In this document: positions 1 to 10,154 of the stretch, in pieces | Layout: every line of letters begins with the position of its first letter | Position numbering within the stretch: position 1 is the stretch's first letter | NCBI GenBank assembly: GCA_963700985.1 | Contig: OY969554.1 | Location: 1,408,001-1,472,000 of the forward strand | DNA: 64,000 bases | Direction of reading: 5' to 3' | Source: an uncultured Chlamydiales bacterium | GTDB taxonomy: Bacteria; Chlamydiota; Chlamydiia; Chlamydiales; Rhabdochlamydiaceae | Notes under the pieces: model-generated | The model's input: only the letters and a program-made list of their open reading frames with translations | Told to the model about the DNA's origin: nothing | Database searches by the model: none | Position numbers and translations under genes: made by a program

Positions 1-76
1 GCCTTTTAGTGCTTTGAGCAGACTTTTCACCATTAGGTAATGACAATAAGAAAAAAAAAGTTTCATGAACAATCTA

Positions 77-2245
77 CTATTGGAAATTTGGCAAATCTGG
101 CAAGGAAATCAATGTTGAGCGAACAGTCTCGAGATCTACAACGCAAAGATAGGCTTCTCTATCCTCTATCCCGATGGGTATGATGAGCTGAGTTCCTGAA
201 TGGTCTAAAATCATACTACAACAAAATTCAATCCCAATATGCATAAAAGTAAAAGGCTTTGAAGTTTTTTTAACACGGAAATTTTCATCGAGATATAAGA
301 AGCGGTGCAAGTAGCGACGTTCGTAATCAGGCATCTGGACGACTTCATGTACGAGCATCAGATATCCCTCATCGAACTTGATCGGTGCAGCAGAGCCTCG
401 AAAGCGTGAGAAATCATGTGATGGCTGATATTTTAGGATGGTTTCACAATCGCCTGTTTCGATATTCGGCTTGTAAATGATGAAAGGATCATAGGAATAG
501 ATAGCATGAAGAAGTCCCTCTTTAAGAAAAGGCAGCCAATTTTTTTCACAGCGATAAGGATCAGGTCCTTTTAACGGCACTAATTTTTCTACATGAACAA
601 TCTCGCCCGATTTCTCATTAGCCAACTTGCAGAGTGAAACCTGAAAATTCTCACAGCTATTAGTGTCATTGGTTGTACAAAAGAACCATGAGCTGTTTTG
701 ATACTCGAATATGCGACAGTCATCTAGACCTTGAATATTTGCTGAGATCCAGCAGTTCACTCGTTCTCGCAGCAAATCTTCGATGATCTCATGTTGCGAA
801 AGAAGTTTAAAATCTTTGTCATAAGAAGCCAGAAAATTTCGCGTGCGAAAAATCCCGCTCGGTTCGACGGTATTGAATATCTTCGCTCCCGTTTGCGTAT
901 AGTTAACGGTTCTACAAATCAGTTTATATCCCTTATCGGTTTTGTGAATGGATGGATTCATTGGGTTATAGCATTTATCCGATCCTTTGGTAATGAGAGG
1001 GAATTCTAGAGTGATTGGCACGAAACGAGCATTTTTTAAGTTCTGCACATAGAACAGAATGTTTTGATAAGCCCGGTCTTTAATATACCAAGGCACATTT
1101 TTTCGGAGGATTAAGTCATTTGTAGAGGCAAAGCCATCATCTTTAAATCGCGTGTAATAAGAAGCTATTGAGAGCTCTTCATCAAAATGATAGCTCTCAT
1201 AAGGATTTAAAATAGACATAAGTTGGTCTACAGGATGAGGTATACGCGACCCATGTTTGGCAAAGATGTAGGCTAGATCGTTCTCACCCCGCAGACGATA
1301 GTGTGTGGCAATCTTTTGAAGAGGGGCAGGACGATCAGAGAAAACTTGATAAGCTTCAAGATACCAATATAGAGCATGGTCCCACTCCCCTTTTCCTTCA
1401 TAGCAGTCACCGATCATGCATTTTGAGAACCAGATCTCTTCTTTATCGCCACCTTTTTCTATGCGTGCCTTATACCATTTGAGCGCTTCATCATACTGCT
1501 TCAGACCTCTATGCGCTTGGGCCAAATAAAATAGATGATGCCGGCTATCAGGTTCATTTTGGATAACCTCAGTGAGTAGATTGATATCGCGTCTCAGCTT
1601 TGCTGTATTGCGGTTTGCATCAGCATGATCTTCTATCATTAGCGTATGCAACTTGGCGCTTTGATGAGCCTGCCTATAAGACCAGCCTTGAGTAATTATA
1701 CTACTCTCTCCTCTATTACTCTCCCAAGGTATAGAAGCTCGCAGGAGTCGGGCATTATAACTGTAATAAGAAAGGGCTGAAGATCTCTCTAACAGCAAAT
1801 AAGCGTCCTTATTTAAAGCTTCCTTGCGAAACGAGGACTCCACGTTTAGCTTCATATCTGCGTCTAAAGTTAGGAGATATGTGGTCGACAAGGAGAAACC
1901 CAGCTCCTCAAGAGTTTTTTGCGCGGCTCGTATTGCAGGTGTTCTATTCTGATCCACGCTTGGCTCGCCTTGCTGATGGATTTTCCCTTTCAGGCCTCTT
2001 TCTAGCATGAATTCTTCGATGATCTTAATAGTATTATCTGTGCAGCCCATATCCCATACGGAGATGCAATCTACGACATCCTTGACACTATTTAGACACT
2101 CCTTAATGAACTTGTCTTCATTTTCGACCACCATAGTCAGACATATCTTTACTTCACTTTGATTCCCTTGCAGTAAATGAGGGCAGAAGAGTATCCAAAC
2201 CAAGAATCCAGTCCGCACGAAAATTTTTGCTGCCATTTTCATCAT
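77..2245 (-). CDS. GT2-like glycosyltransferase + TPR repeats + C-terminal beta-propeller-like domain
   Basis: N-terminal ICLTMVVENEDKFIKECLNSV...DMGCTDNT and LLTLDADM (DxD) GT2 motifs; central TPR helices (FYLAQAHRGLKQYDEALKWYKAR); C-terminal EKNWLPF / RGSAAPI / YLHRF / IEFC propeller-type motifs; hydrophobic N-terminus. Confidence 0.75.
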   Translation of the reverse strand: MMKMAAKIFVRTGFLVWILFCPHLLQGNQSEVKICLTMVVENEDKFIKECLNSVKDVVDCISVWDMGCTDNTIKIIEEFMLERGLKGKIHQQGEPSVDQNRTPAIRAAQKTLEELGFSLSTTYLLTLDADMKLNVESSFRKEALNKDAYLLLERSSALSYYSYNARLLRASIPWESNRGESSIITQGWSYRQAHQSAKLHTLMIEDHADANRNTAKLRRDINLLTEVIQNEPDSRHHLFYLAQAHRGLKQYDEALKWYKARIEKGGDKEEIWFSKCMIGDCYEGKGEWDHALYWYLEAYQVFSDRPAPLQKIATHYRLRGENDLAYIFAKHGSRIPHPVDQLMSILNPYESYHFDEELSIASYYTRFKDDGFASTNDLILRKNVPWYIKDRAYQNILFYVQNLKNARFVPITLEFPLITKGSDKCYNPMNPSIHKTDKGYKLICRTVNYTQTGAKIFNTVEPSGIFRTRNFLASYDKDFKLLSQHEIIEDLLRERVNCWISANIQGLDDCRIFEYQNSSWFFCTTNDTNSCENFQVSLCKLANEKSGEIVHVEKLVPLKGPDPYRCEKNWLPFLKEGLLHAIYSYDPFIIYKPNIETGDCETILKYQPSHDFSRFRGSAAPIKFDEGYLMLVHEVVQMPDYERRYLHRFLYLDENFRVKKTSKPFTFMHIGIEFCCSMILDHSGTQLIIPIGIEDREAYLCVVDLETVRSTLISLPDLPNFQ

Positions 2246-3741
2246 GATTTGTAAGTGAACCAGATGTTACCGACTGTTTCTATTTTTAGGTTATTTTCTG
2301 CAGAAAGCTTGTTCAATATTTTGCGCACATATTGATCGTTTGCCATGTTTCCACTTAATAATGAGTTGGACTTCAACCGATAATGAAGTTTTTCCAAATC
2401 ACTTTTTAAGTTATGTCGAATGCTCGCGTACTCCAATGAGGTTCTAAAATAGGTTAAATCTAAAAAGACAGACCTGACATATGGAGAATCGAGCGTACTT
2501 TCGACTGAAGCATCTGATTGCAAAAGCGTGATCTTTTTTTTATCCGCGCCGTACATAGCAAATAATGAATCGAGATCAAGCCAAGGATCATAAAGACAAA
2601 TATGCGCGCGCGTGGAAGTGAGAGTCTTTGCAAATTGTATTGGGCGAAGACAAGTTAGAAAACCTTTATAGACTAAAAAGGGGGTTTCATCTCCGAGCCT
2701 TTTATCCAAAACGGATTTCAAGTCTGTCAAATCTTGATCACTGAAATTAGTTGCTTCCAATTGAGAAAAGGAAAGCTGATTGGTTCGAACTTTGCTCTGA
2801 ACATCTTTGATCTGTGCATACCAGTAATCGAAATAGATCTTTTCAGACTTTAGATGTTTCAGTTCTTGATGTTTTTTTTTCAAAAAAGGCTGATCGATCT
2901 CATCCCAATCATGCACCATTACAACGGGTAATCCTTCAAACATCGGATCAAGAAAAGTATGCTCCACGATTGGAATGCAATCCAGCGCTAAAGCCTCCCA
3001 AGTGCGCACACAGTCTGTTTCCCACCCAAGAGGAGAAAGTACAAACTGAGAGCTGAGTAGATCCTCATAAAAAATGGGCAAGGAAATATATTCCCAAGGT
3101 TGATTGCTATGGTTTCGACTAAAGCAGTAAGATTCATTTTCAAACATGCCTACAATCTTGTCTCTGTCGCCATAAGCACGAGGAAAATGGCACATATACA
3201 AGAGCTGTTTTTTGGCCTGTGGTTTTTTGGCAACAGCATCCTTCAGAATATTTACAACCTTTGGATCTGGCGTGAAAAGACCGAGATCTTGACCCATAGG
3301 CAGCTGAAATAATTTAGGATGGTAACTAAAGATAATATTGCGGCAAAACCACGCCGCCAGTTTGGGGTCATAAAGAAGTTTTTTAAGCTGTGGATCGGGC
3401 AGCCAAGCGCCAACATCGCATGAAATCAGAATATATGGATGTTTGATCTGATCGTGGACATGTTTTGCGAACCATTCTAAATACCAGATATTTAGATAAA
3501 TGGTATCCCCTTGCTCTACAATCCCTGGATCAAAATACTCAGTATTTTGATCGATCACATGATCACAGATACTTCGAAAAGTTAAACTGCTAATGAAGGG
3601 ATAGTGCCCTGGATGCGCTTGCAAATCAGGGCATTTTTCGTAAAAATGATCAGGAACGCTCAGAGGAGCAGCAGTCAGTGAAGAAACGAGTAAACTCACA
3701 AAGCTAGCTAGAAAAAGCAAACTACTATTTGCCTTGAGCAT
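2242..3741 (-). CDS. Putative glycosyltransferase (exostosin/GT47-like) with signal-like N-terminus
   Basis: SQFVLSPLGWETDCVRTWEALALDCIPIV resembles the exostosin-like GT-B signature F.LSP.G.G.D..R.WEAL..G.IP. Confidence 0.6.
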   Translation of the reverse strand: MLKANSSLLFLASFVSLLVSSLTAAPLSVPDHFYEKCPDLQAHPGHYPFISSLTFRSICDHVIDQNTEYFDPGIVEQGDTIYLNIWYLEWFAKHVHDQIKHPYILISCDVGAWLPDPQLKKLLYDPKLAAWFCRNIIFSYHPKLFQLPMGQDLGLFTPDPKVVNILKDAVAKKPQAKKQLLYMCHFPRAYGDRDKIVGMFENESYCFSRNHSNQPWEYISLPIFYEDLLSSQFVLSPLGWETDCVRTWEALALDCIPIVEHTFLDPMFEGLPVVMVHDWDEIDQPFLKKKHQELKHLKSEKIYFDYWYAQIKDVQSKVRTNQLSFSQLEATNFSDQDLTDLKSVLDKRLGDETPFLVYKGFLTCLRPIQFAKTLTSTRAHICLYDPWLDLDSLFAMYGADKKKITLLQSDASVESTLDSPYVRSVFLDLTYFRTSLEYASIRHNLKSDLEKLHYRLKSNSLLSGNMANDQYVRKILNKLSAENNLKIETVGNIWFTYKS

Positions 3742-4513
3742 ATTCTTGCAGCCGCGCCGTTAATTTCTTGTATTTCTCGTCTTTGATAACCCATGCGGTG
3801 GTTCCCATTCCAATAGGAATGAAAATCTCTTCATAATTTTGTGGCGTGACAATTTTAGAATATCCATACACGTCATCGAGATTTCCGGGAGTGCTACTAA
3901 AAGTGTTGTGAGCCAAAATCACTGGTACTTTACCAAATAGTAGCTGAACCAAATCCCCGCGGATGTAAATTCCGCCATGAACTAATGCGACATCGATTTT
4001 GTGACTTTTAGTTAGGCTGAGGATAAATGCATTGAGTTCAGACAAGTAAAAATCATCTATTTCAGCATAGCTCTGACTAACTGCACACTGAAAAGAGCTT
4101 GCTCTATGCATATGCTCAGAACCGAGGTATTTATAGGGCGCCCAACTCGTATCGCCTAGATAGCCGCTGAAAAAGACTATAGGAATCCAGTTTGAGTAAT
4201 TGCGATATAGAGCCAAACTGTTTTTCATGGATTCTGGGCCATATCCTCCTGTAACAAATTCCACCGAAATGACTTTGTTGCATGAATCTAGAAAGTATTT
4301 CGTGGAAAAACTATGCCCAAATTCTAGAAGCGTTTTAACTTTTAGGTTGCTGAAAATTTCTCTAAAATGCGGAACATGATCTCCCAAACCCGTTTCTTTT
4401 CCGAACTGCACTAGCCATTCATAATTGATATCTTCTGCTTTAGAAATAGCTTCGATCGCTACACCGGATCTTGCCGATAGCAAAATCAAAACTGAAAAAA
4501 TGAGTTTTTTCAT
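3725..4513 (-). CDS. Hypothetical protein, probable class I SAM-dependent methyltransferase fold
   Basis: LLEFGHSFST...VISVE and IDVALVHG resemble SAM-binding motifs; signal-like N-terminus; operon context. Confidence 0.45.
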   Translation of the reverse strand: MKKLIFSVLILLSARSGVAIEAISKAEDINYEWLVQFGKETGLGDHVPHFREIFSNLKVKTLLEFGHSFSTKYFLDSCNKVISVEFVTGGYGPESMKNSLALYRNYSNWIPIVFFSGYLGDTSWAPYKYLGSEHMHRASSFQCAVSQSYAEIDDFYLSELNAFILSLTKSHKIDVALVHGGIYIRGDLVQLLFGKVPVILAHNTFSSTPGNLDDVYGYSKIVTPQNYEEIFIPIGMGTTAWVIKDEKYKKLTARLQEYAQGK

Positions 4514-4523
4514 AACTTTCCCG

Positions 4524-5291
4524 TTAATTTTTAAATCCTAAATAAAACAACTCCTTCTTTACAAAAATTGCATCTCCTTGAAATCCCTCAGCATACCAAT
4601 GCGCTAGCAATCTAAACCCTCTCTTCTCGAGAAATGTCTTTAGTTGTTTGTATTGCGTCATCCCTCTTCTAAATTCCTTAAAGTTAGTCTCGGTATAGAT
4701 GACTTTTACTTTATCGAGGATCTCTGGCGAGCTCTGTAAAACTTGGAACTCTAAGCCTTCGAGATCAAGCCACATGAAATCGATCTGATCGACGCCATTT
4801 TCTTCGCACCAATCATCTAAAATAACACAAGGAACCTCCACTTTCGGACCCTGGTAATGAATTTTCATCCAATCAGAAGGCTCTAGTAAAGAACTTGCGC
4901 CTTCAAAGACAGGGTTATCTCCTCCAGTGCCGTGACAAACATAGAGAGTGGCTGTTCCAATATAGTTATTCACTGCAAGATTGTAGCCGCGGATGTTTGT
5001 GACGCCTTTTGTTGTCTCTTGATGAATTGCAAATGCATGGGGATTGGGTTCAAATGAAATGATCGTAGCATCTGGCCATTGTATAGCAAGCCTTAGGGTA
5101 TCTGTTCCATAGTGTCCGCCTGCTTCAAAAATTACAGGGTTTTCTGGTAGAAATTTAGCAACCAGGTCCAGCCTTTTCCCCCCATATTGTTTAAGTTCTT
5201 CAAATATGCCTTCAAAACGAGCGGGATACTCAACTTGAGCGTTTACTGTTGAGATCAATACTGCCAAACAAAAAATCAGAGATTTAAACAT
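4524..5291 (-). CDS. FkbM family methyltransferase
   Basis: IFEAGGHYG, SFEPNP, IDFMWLDLEGLEFQVL and VIYTE motifs of FkbM/Methyltransf_21. Confidence 0.85.
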   Translation of the reverse strand: MFKSLIFCLAVLISTVNAQVEYPARFEGIFEELKQYGGKRLDLVAKFLPENPVIFEAGGHYGTDTLRLAIQWPDATIISFEPNPHAFAIHQETTKGVTNIRGYNLAVNNYIGTATLYVCHGTGGDNPVFEGASSLLEPSDWMKIHYQGPKVEVPCVILDDWCEENGVDQIDFMWLDLEGLEFQVLQSSPEILDKVKVIYTETNFKEFRRGMTQYKQLKTFLEKRGFRLLAHWYAEGFQGDAIFVKKELFYLGFKN

Positions 5292-5362
5292 TGTGTGCCT
5301 TTAATTTAGCATTGAACGGACTTCTCTTTGGAGGCCTTCCTCCCTTAAGAGTTCTTCGAGCT

Positions 5363-6298
5363 TCACTCTTTATTTAAGTAGGTAGGTCCACCATTATCTG
5401 AAACAGCCTTCGGCCAATTAGAAACAACATCATATGTGACAGTGTAGAGTTTAATGCCCGGAGGAAAAATATATTCCATGTCGTAAGGGAAAAAAAGTTG
5501 ATGAGCTTTCAAAAACTGAAGCAACTTTTTAATACCACTTCTACGTAAGATCATAGAGTGAGCACCCCAGCGGGCACCAATTTTCCAAAAATCTTCACCA
5601 ATTGGCGTTCTCGCAGCAAAGTTGTTCATGTGCGAGGCTTGCGTAAGATCTGGCCGCCTTGCAGCCCAATAGCAAGCCTTTGGATTGCCATTTGCATCGC
5701 GAATATCTCTATCCGTAAAAAGAATGTCCCAATTTTCCTTTCCAACCTGTTGGTCAAGCTTATCGATGAGATCGGAAAGAACCCTTGGGTCTCGCAATAC
5801 TTCAATATCATCTTCCATAACCCAAATGGTCTCATAGCCTGAATCATAGGCATCTTGCAGCACTGAAAGATGACTCAACGCGCAACCGATGGCCCCACGC
5901 GATAAACAATGGCAAAAATAGGTATGTCCAAACTTCTGAATAAGCTCATGACTTGGCTCTCCTTTCCCTTCTGGATAATAACAAGTGCCCATGAGCCCGC
6001 CATCCATCTCAGAGGAGAATTTCAAGCCCAACTCTTCAAAAGAGTCTAAACTTAGCTCCCATCCATTCACCGCTGAAAATCGGCAAGGATCAATTCCATA
6101 TGGAAATAATTGCATCAATGAGGTTCTGAACTTCTCGGGCCTCTGATCAAGATTGATCATGTAGATGAAATCGATATTGGGCATGGAATGATCGCCCGAT
6201 TTATCTTGAGGTCGTTTGAAAAAGTCTTCAATGTCAGCACATAAAAAAGCTGTTCCAGCACTTAGCAGAGATAAAAGAGCCCAGCGGAAGATGTGCAT
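5363..6298 (-). CDS. Glycosyltransferase family 25
   Basis: YMINLDQRPEK, RFSAVNG, GCALSH and VMEDD GT25 motifs. Confidence 0.85.
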   Translation of the reverse strand: MHIFRWALLSLLSAGTAFLCADIEDFFKRPQDKSGDHSMPNIDFIYMINLDQRPEKFRTSLMQLFPYGIDPCRFSAVNGWELSLDSFEELGLKFSSEMDGGLMGTCYYPEGKGEPSHELIQKFGHTYFCHCLSRGAIGCALSHLSVLQDAYDSGYETIWVMEDDIEVLRDPRVLSDLIDKLDQQVGKENWDILFTDRDIRDANGNPKACYWAARRPDLTQASHMNNFAARTPIGEDFWKIGARWGAHSMILRRSGIKKLLQFLKAHQLFFPYDMEYIFPPGIKLYTVTYDVVSNWPKAVSDNGGPTYLNKE

Positions 6299-6307
6299 AT
6301 GGCTCTC

Positions 6308-6988
6308 TTATCTTTTTTTGAACAAAATGCAGTTTCCATTATCAATCAACTTAATCTCATCGCAAGACTCTGAAAGAAGATTCTTCGCTTTCTGCGTCCC
6401 TGGCCATAATAAATCATCGAGCCAGATGTAACCGCCAGAGCGCACCTTTGGAAGATAGAGAGTGACATCTTCTGTGGAGTTAATTTCGCTATGATTGCCG
6501 TCGATGTATAAAATATCGATAGAATCAATTTCTGAAGCTGCTTTCTGTGAGGTCGTCCTCATAGTTATGCAATAGTCCACCAACTTGTATCTCTTTAACA
6601 TGTTAAAGTAGGAAATAAAGATATTCTCCAAGTTAACATTGCCCCACCATTCCAGATGTGCTTTATCTTGGACGGGGTCGAAATCTTTGATGCACTCTAA
6701 CTTATCCCAGGGGTCAATGCCAATAATAACGCCCTGCCCCAAAAACTTTAGAGCCGAGGCAACTGGAAGAACAGAAGAGCCACCAAAAACCCCAATTTCC
6801 ACACAAACTTGGGGCTTGGTTTCTAAGACTAAGTCGATAAAATTAACCGCTTTTTCTTGGCTACACCATCCGTATAAAGTAGGAAGGATTGAACATACAC
6901 GCAGTTTGAGATCTTCGACTGTTTGTTCCGCATGCAAATTTGCAAAAGAGCAAAAAAGCAAAAAAAGGCACGAAAATATTTTTTTCAT
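6308..6988 (-). CDS. Class I SAM methyltransferase (Methyltransf_24-like)
   Basis: VEIGVFGGSS, GIDPW, ILYIDGNHS and GGYIWLDD motifs. Confidence 0.85.
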   Translation of the reverse strand: MKKIFSCLFLLFCSFANLHAEQTVEDLKLRVCSILPTLYGWCSQEKAVNFIDLVLETKPQVCVEIGVFGGSSVLPVASALKFLGQGVIIGIDPWDKLECIKDFDPVQDKAHLEWWGNVNLENIFISYFNMLKRYKLVDYCITMRTTSQKAASEIDSIDILYIDGNHSEINSTEDVTLYLPKVRSGGYIWLDDLLWPGTQKAKNLLSESCDEIKLIDNGNCILFKKR

Positions 6989-6998
6989 AATTTTATGG

Positions 6999-7685
6999 TT
7001 ATTTCTTTATCCAAATTCCCCAAAGGCATGAATCGCTAAACTCGGCAAACTTAGTGCAATTTGCATTCAACCACTCAATTGCGCGCCCTGTTGTATTAAC
7101 GCCATTTTCATGCCAGCTCATATCGTCAAATATGATCAGGCCGCCTTGTTTGACAAGAGGAGCCCACTTTACCACGTCAAAATAAGAGGTCTCTTCGGAG
7201 TGATTTCCATCGATGTGTAAAATCCCGATGTCGTAAATCGAGGGCGTTCCGGCTGATGTATTTTGAATCAACTCGATCTCTTTATTAAGACCAAACTGAT
7301 TAATTTTGTTAACAAGGCCTTGTTTGATTTTGTTGTGATCTAAGGAACCCCACCAAATTATATTGGCTTCATTTTGGGCTCCCACAACTGACTCAGCGCT
7401 ACTCCACGGATCAATACCATAAATTTTGCCACTACCATTCTCTTTAAGCGCACAAGCCATCGGGACGAGGGACTTACCACCAAATACACCGATTTCTACA
7501 ATTTTTTCTGGTCTGGTTTTTAGCACTAGCTCTACTAGGATAGAAGCTTTCTGTTCCGAACACCAGCCTTCGAGCTGACGCATACAAGCATAAGCTCTCT
7601 GCGTGACAACTTCTGCTCTTGGCCTATCTATAACATATTCATAATGAGATGCTGGCGGTACTTGTTGATCTTGAACATCGTACAT
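6999..7685 (-). CDS. Class I SAM methyltransferase (Methyltransf_24-like), paralog of 6308-6988
   Basis: VEIGVFGGKS, GIDPW, ILHIDGNHS and GGLIIFDD motifs. Confidence 0.85.
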   Translation of the reverse strand: MYDVQDQQVPPASHYEYVIDRPRAEVVTQRAYACMRQLEGWCSEQKASILVELVLKTRPEKIVEIGVFGGKSLVPMACALKENGSGKIYGIDPWSSAESVVGAQNEANIIWWGSLDHNKIKQGLVNKINQFGLNKEIELIQNTSAGTPSIYDIGILHIDGNHSEETSYFDVVKWAPLVKQGGLIIFDDMSWHENGVNTTGRAIEWLNANCTKFAEFSDSCLWGIWIKK

Positions 7686-7697
7686 ATGCTTTATTCC

Positions 7698-8627
7698 TTA
7701 TTGTTGTTTTTGATAGTTGGGAGCTCCGTTGTCTGAGAGCGCTCTAATTAATGTCGATACAACATCATCTCTTACGGTGTAGAAACGGATATCCGGAGGA
7801 AGAGTGTTATCCATGTCGTATGGAAGAAAGATGTCATAGCCTTTGAAAAAATCGAGGAGTTTTTTCATGCCCGATCGCCTTACAATCATAGAATAAGCTC
7901 CATAACGCGCGCCTATGTATCTGAAATCGGGACTTATGTCTCTTCTTTCGGCAAATTTGCGAGGATTTGTAGGAGAAAAATTAGGTCTCCAGGCAAAGGC
8001 CGTGCAAGGAACATAATTTCCTTGCTGATTTTTGGTATCGCGATCGGTAAATAGGATATCCCAACCTTCTTTCCCAACTAATCCATCCAGTTTATCGATA
8101 AGTTCAGAAAGCGCCCTAGGATCGCGAATGACTTCAATATCGTCTTCCATTACCCAAATCGTCTCATAGCCTGAATCATATGCATCTTGAAGGATAGAGA
8201 GATGACTAAGACAGATGGCAACGGCTCCTTTTGACATGCAATGACAAAAATAGGTTCTACCTGGCTTATTCACCATCTCATGATGAGGCTGACTATCTCC
8301 TTCAGGCAGATAGCAAGTCCCCATGTTTCCGGTCTTCATCCATGGGCCATACTTAACCCCGAGATTATTGAGATCCTCTAAAGAGAGATCTTCCCAGCCA
8401 TTGACTGCCGAAAATCGATAGGGGTAGATTCCATAGGGAGCTAGTTCTCTCTCGCAATGCGCAAACTTTTCTGGCCTTTTATCCAAGTTGATCACATAAA
8501 TAAAATCGATATTGCGCATCTGGTGAGAGCCAGATTTATCGGTGATCTTTTTGAAATAGTTTTCGATCTCTGCCTGCAGGCTCTGGAAACCAAATACAAA
8601 AAGCACTAAAAGAATCCTGATCATCAT
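7698..8627 (-). CDS. Glycosyltransferase family 25 (paralog 2)
   Basis: YVINLDKRPEK, RFSAVNG, CLSH and VMEDD; aligns with 5363-6298. Confidence 0.85.
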   Translation of the reverse strand: MMIRILLVLFVFGFQSLQAEIENYFKKITDKSGSHQMRNIDFIYVINLDKRPEKFAHCERELAPYGIYPYRFSAVNGWEDLSLEDLNNLGVKYGPWMKTGNMGTCYLPEGDSQPHHEMVNKPGRTYFCHCMSKGAVAICLSHLSILQDAYDSGYETIWVMEDDIEVIRDPRALSELIDKLDGLVGKEGWDILFTDRDTKNQQGNYVPCTAFAWRPNFSPTNPRKFAERRDISPDFRYIGARYGAYSMIVRRSGMKKLLDFFKGYDIFLPYDMDNTLPPDIRFYTVRDDVVSTLIRALSDNGAPNYQKQQ

Positions 8628-8919
8628 TTGCTCCCCTTGATCATCATGTCTCTGGTTACGCGCATATTTAAGATTTTATTAAGAGGAGGGTATTTTTAGC
8701 ATTCCATTCTACTTTTGTAAATCTTTTTTAAATCCTCTCTTGAAAAACCTTGGGTGAAGTAACTAATCCAAATATCAACACACACACCGTTTTTCTTAGA
8801 TCTTGTATTTTTTCTGAAACCTTACTTCTTGAAATTAAATAATTTACAAAGCATGAAATAACTGATAAAGAGGAAATTAGGTCCCTCAATCCAAGGGGCT
8901 AAGGAGTCGTTTTGATCAG

Positions 8920-10125
8920 TTGAAACGCTTGATTTTGTATGCTTACTTTCTTAGTTTTCCTTGGCTTGCATGCTCAGTTGAGACCATGCCTAAGGACCTT
9001 TATTCTCTTGAGGACCAAGAAAAATTTCTCTTCTGCGGGAGCCCAAAAATCAGTGTTGAGTCGAATTATTTAGCCTTTCAAGACTTCATCGAAAGACCTG
9101 CCATTGCCAAAAGCGTAGTCCCTTTAATCGGAGCAAACGAAGCCTACATGCTTGCAGCAATGGGCCCCAGAGGGCCAAATTTATACTACGATTACTTCGA
9201 AGAGTGGCTGGAAGCGCATCCAGACATCGCTTTCTGGATGGAGCACGCCGGAGAAAAAGCTGCAGATCTCGTCAGAAAACCGCTTTATTTACGCCAAGGC
9301 ATTACATCTAGTCCACCTCCTGAGCCGATGCGCAACAATGGTTGGCCCATTCCAAAACGCATTACTGTACGTGACATCGAAAGAGGCGGCATTGGCTACA
9401 AAAAAGGCTATGCCACACTGGAAATGCTCTTTGCACCGGTATATCTTAATGGCAACTTCATGCCGATGTTGGATTTAAGAGGCCACCATCTGCATAACGA
9501 TGAATATGCGGGAAATGTTGGCTTGATTGGAAGATACATGAGCGACTCTAAGTGCCGAGTTTTTGGACTTAACGCCTATTATGATTTTCGCCAGGGTTGC
9601 TTAGGAAATTACAACCAGGTCGGGGGTGGATTAGAAATCTTAGGCAGAAGATGGGACTTCCATCTCAATAGCTACTTCCCTCTTGGAAAACATGAACATA
9701 ATCTCGGCTGTATATTCGATGATTACGAAGGAGATTATTATGCGATCTTCAATAAAAAAGAGTTCTCGTTTTGGGGAGGAAATGCGGAGCTGGGATACTA
9801 TCCTGTAAAGTCGAAGAATTTCCTTCTTTATCTCTCAGCGGGCCCGTATCTCATATCTGGAAAAGAAAACTTTGAAGCTTGGGGAGGAAAAGCCCATCTT
9901 CGACCTCAATTCAGAGACTATCTCGCTCTGGATTTCAGTGTAAGCTACGACCATATTTTCCAGACAAACTATCAAGGCGAGATTATCGTCAACGTGCCTC
10001 TCTACCTCTTCTACTCTAAGAAAAAAGCTCGATCTTGCATCTCTGAGCGCCGCATATATCAACCAGTGCAACGCTTTGAAATTATCCCTCTCAAAAAGCG
10101 CCGCTACTGGGAATCGAACTTCTAA
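8920..10125 (+). CDS. Inverse autotransporter (invasin/intimin-type) beta-barrel domain protein
   Basis: GNVGLIGRY, FGLNAYYDFR, NQVGGGLE and DFHLNSYFP beta-strand motifs; signal peptide; VQRFEIIP after the barrel. Confidence 0.7.
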   Translation: MKRLILYAYFLSFPWLACSVETMPKDLYSLEDQEKFLFCGSPKISVESNYLAFQDFIERPAIAKSVVPLIGANEAYMLAAMGPRGPNLYYDYFEEWLEAHPDIAFWMEHAGEKAADLVRKPLYLRQGITSSPPPEPMRNNGWPIPKRITVRDIERGGIGYKKGYATLEMLFAPVYLNGNFMPMLDLRGHHLHNDEYAGNVGLIGRYMSDSKCRVFGLNAYYDFRQGCLGNYNQVGGGLEILGRRWDFHLNSYFPLGKHEHNLGCIFDDYEGDYYAIFNKKEFSFWGGNAELGYYPVKSKNFLLYLSAGPYLISGKENFEAWGGKAHLRPQFRDYLALDFSVSYDHIFQTNYQGEIIVNVPLYLFYSKKKARSCISERRIYQPVQRFEIIPLKKRRYWESNF

Positions 10126-10154
10126 GAAGAAGCATGATAGCTTCGAGCCACATT

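Noticed and set aside
1-66. Possible 5' end of a further minus-strand gene (MKLFFSYCHYLMVKSLLKALKG)
   Set aside because: It runs off the window edge, and 22 codons are not enough to support a call.
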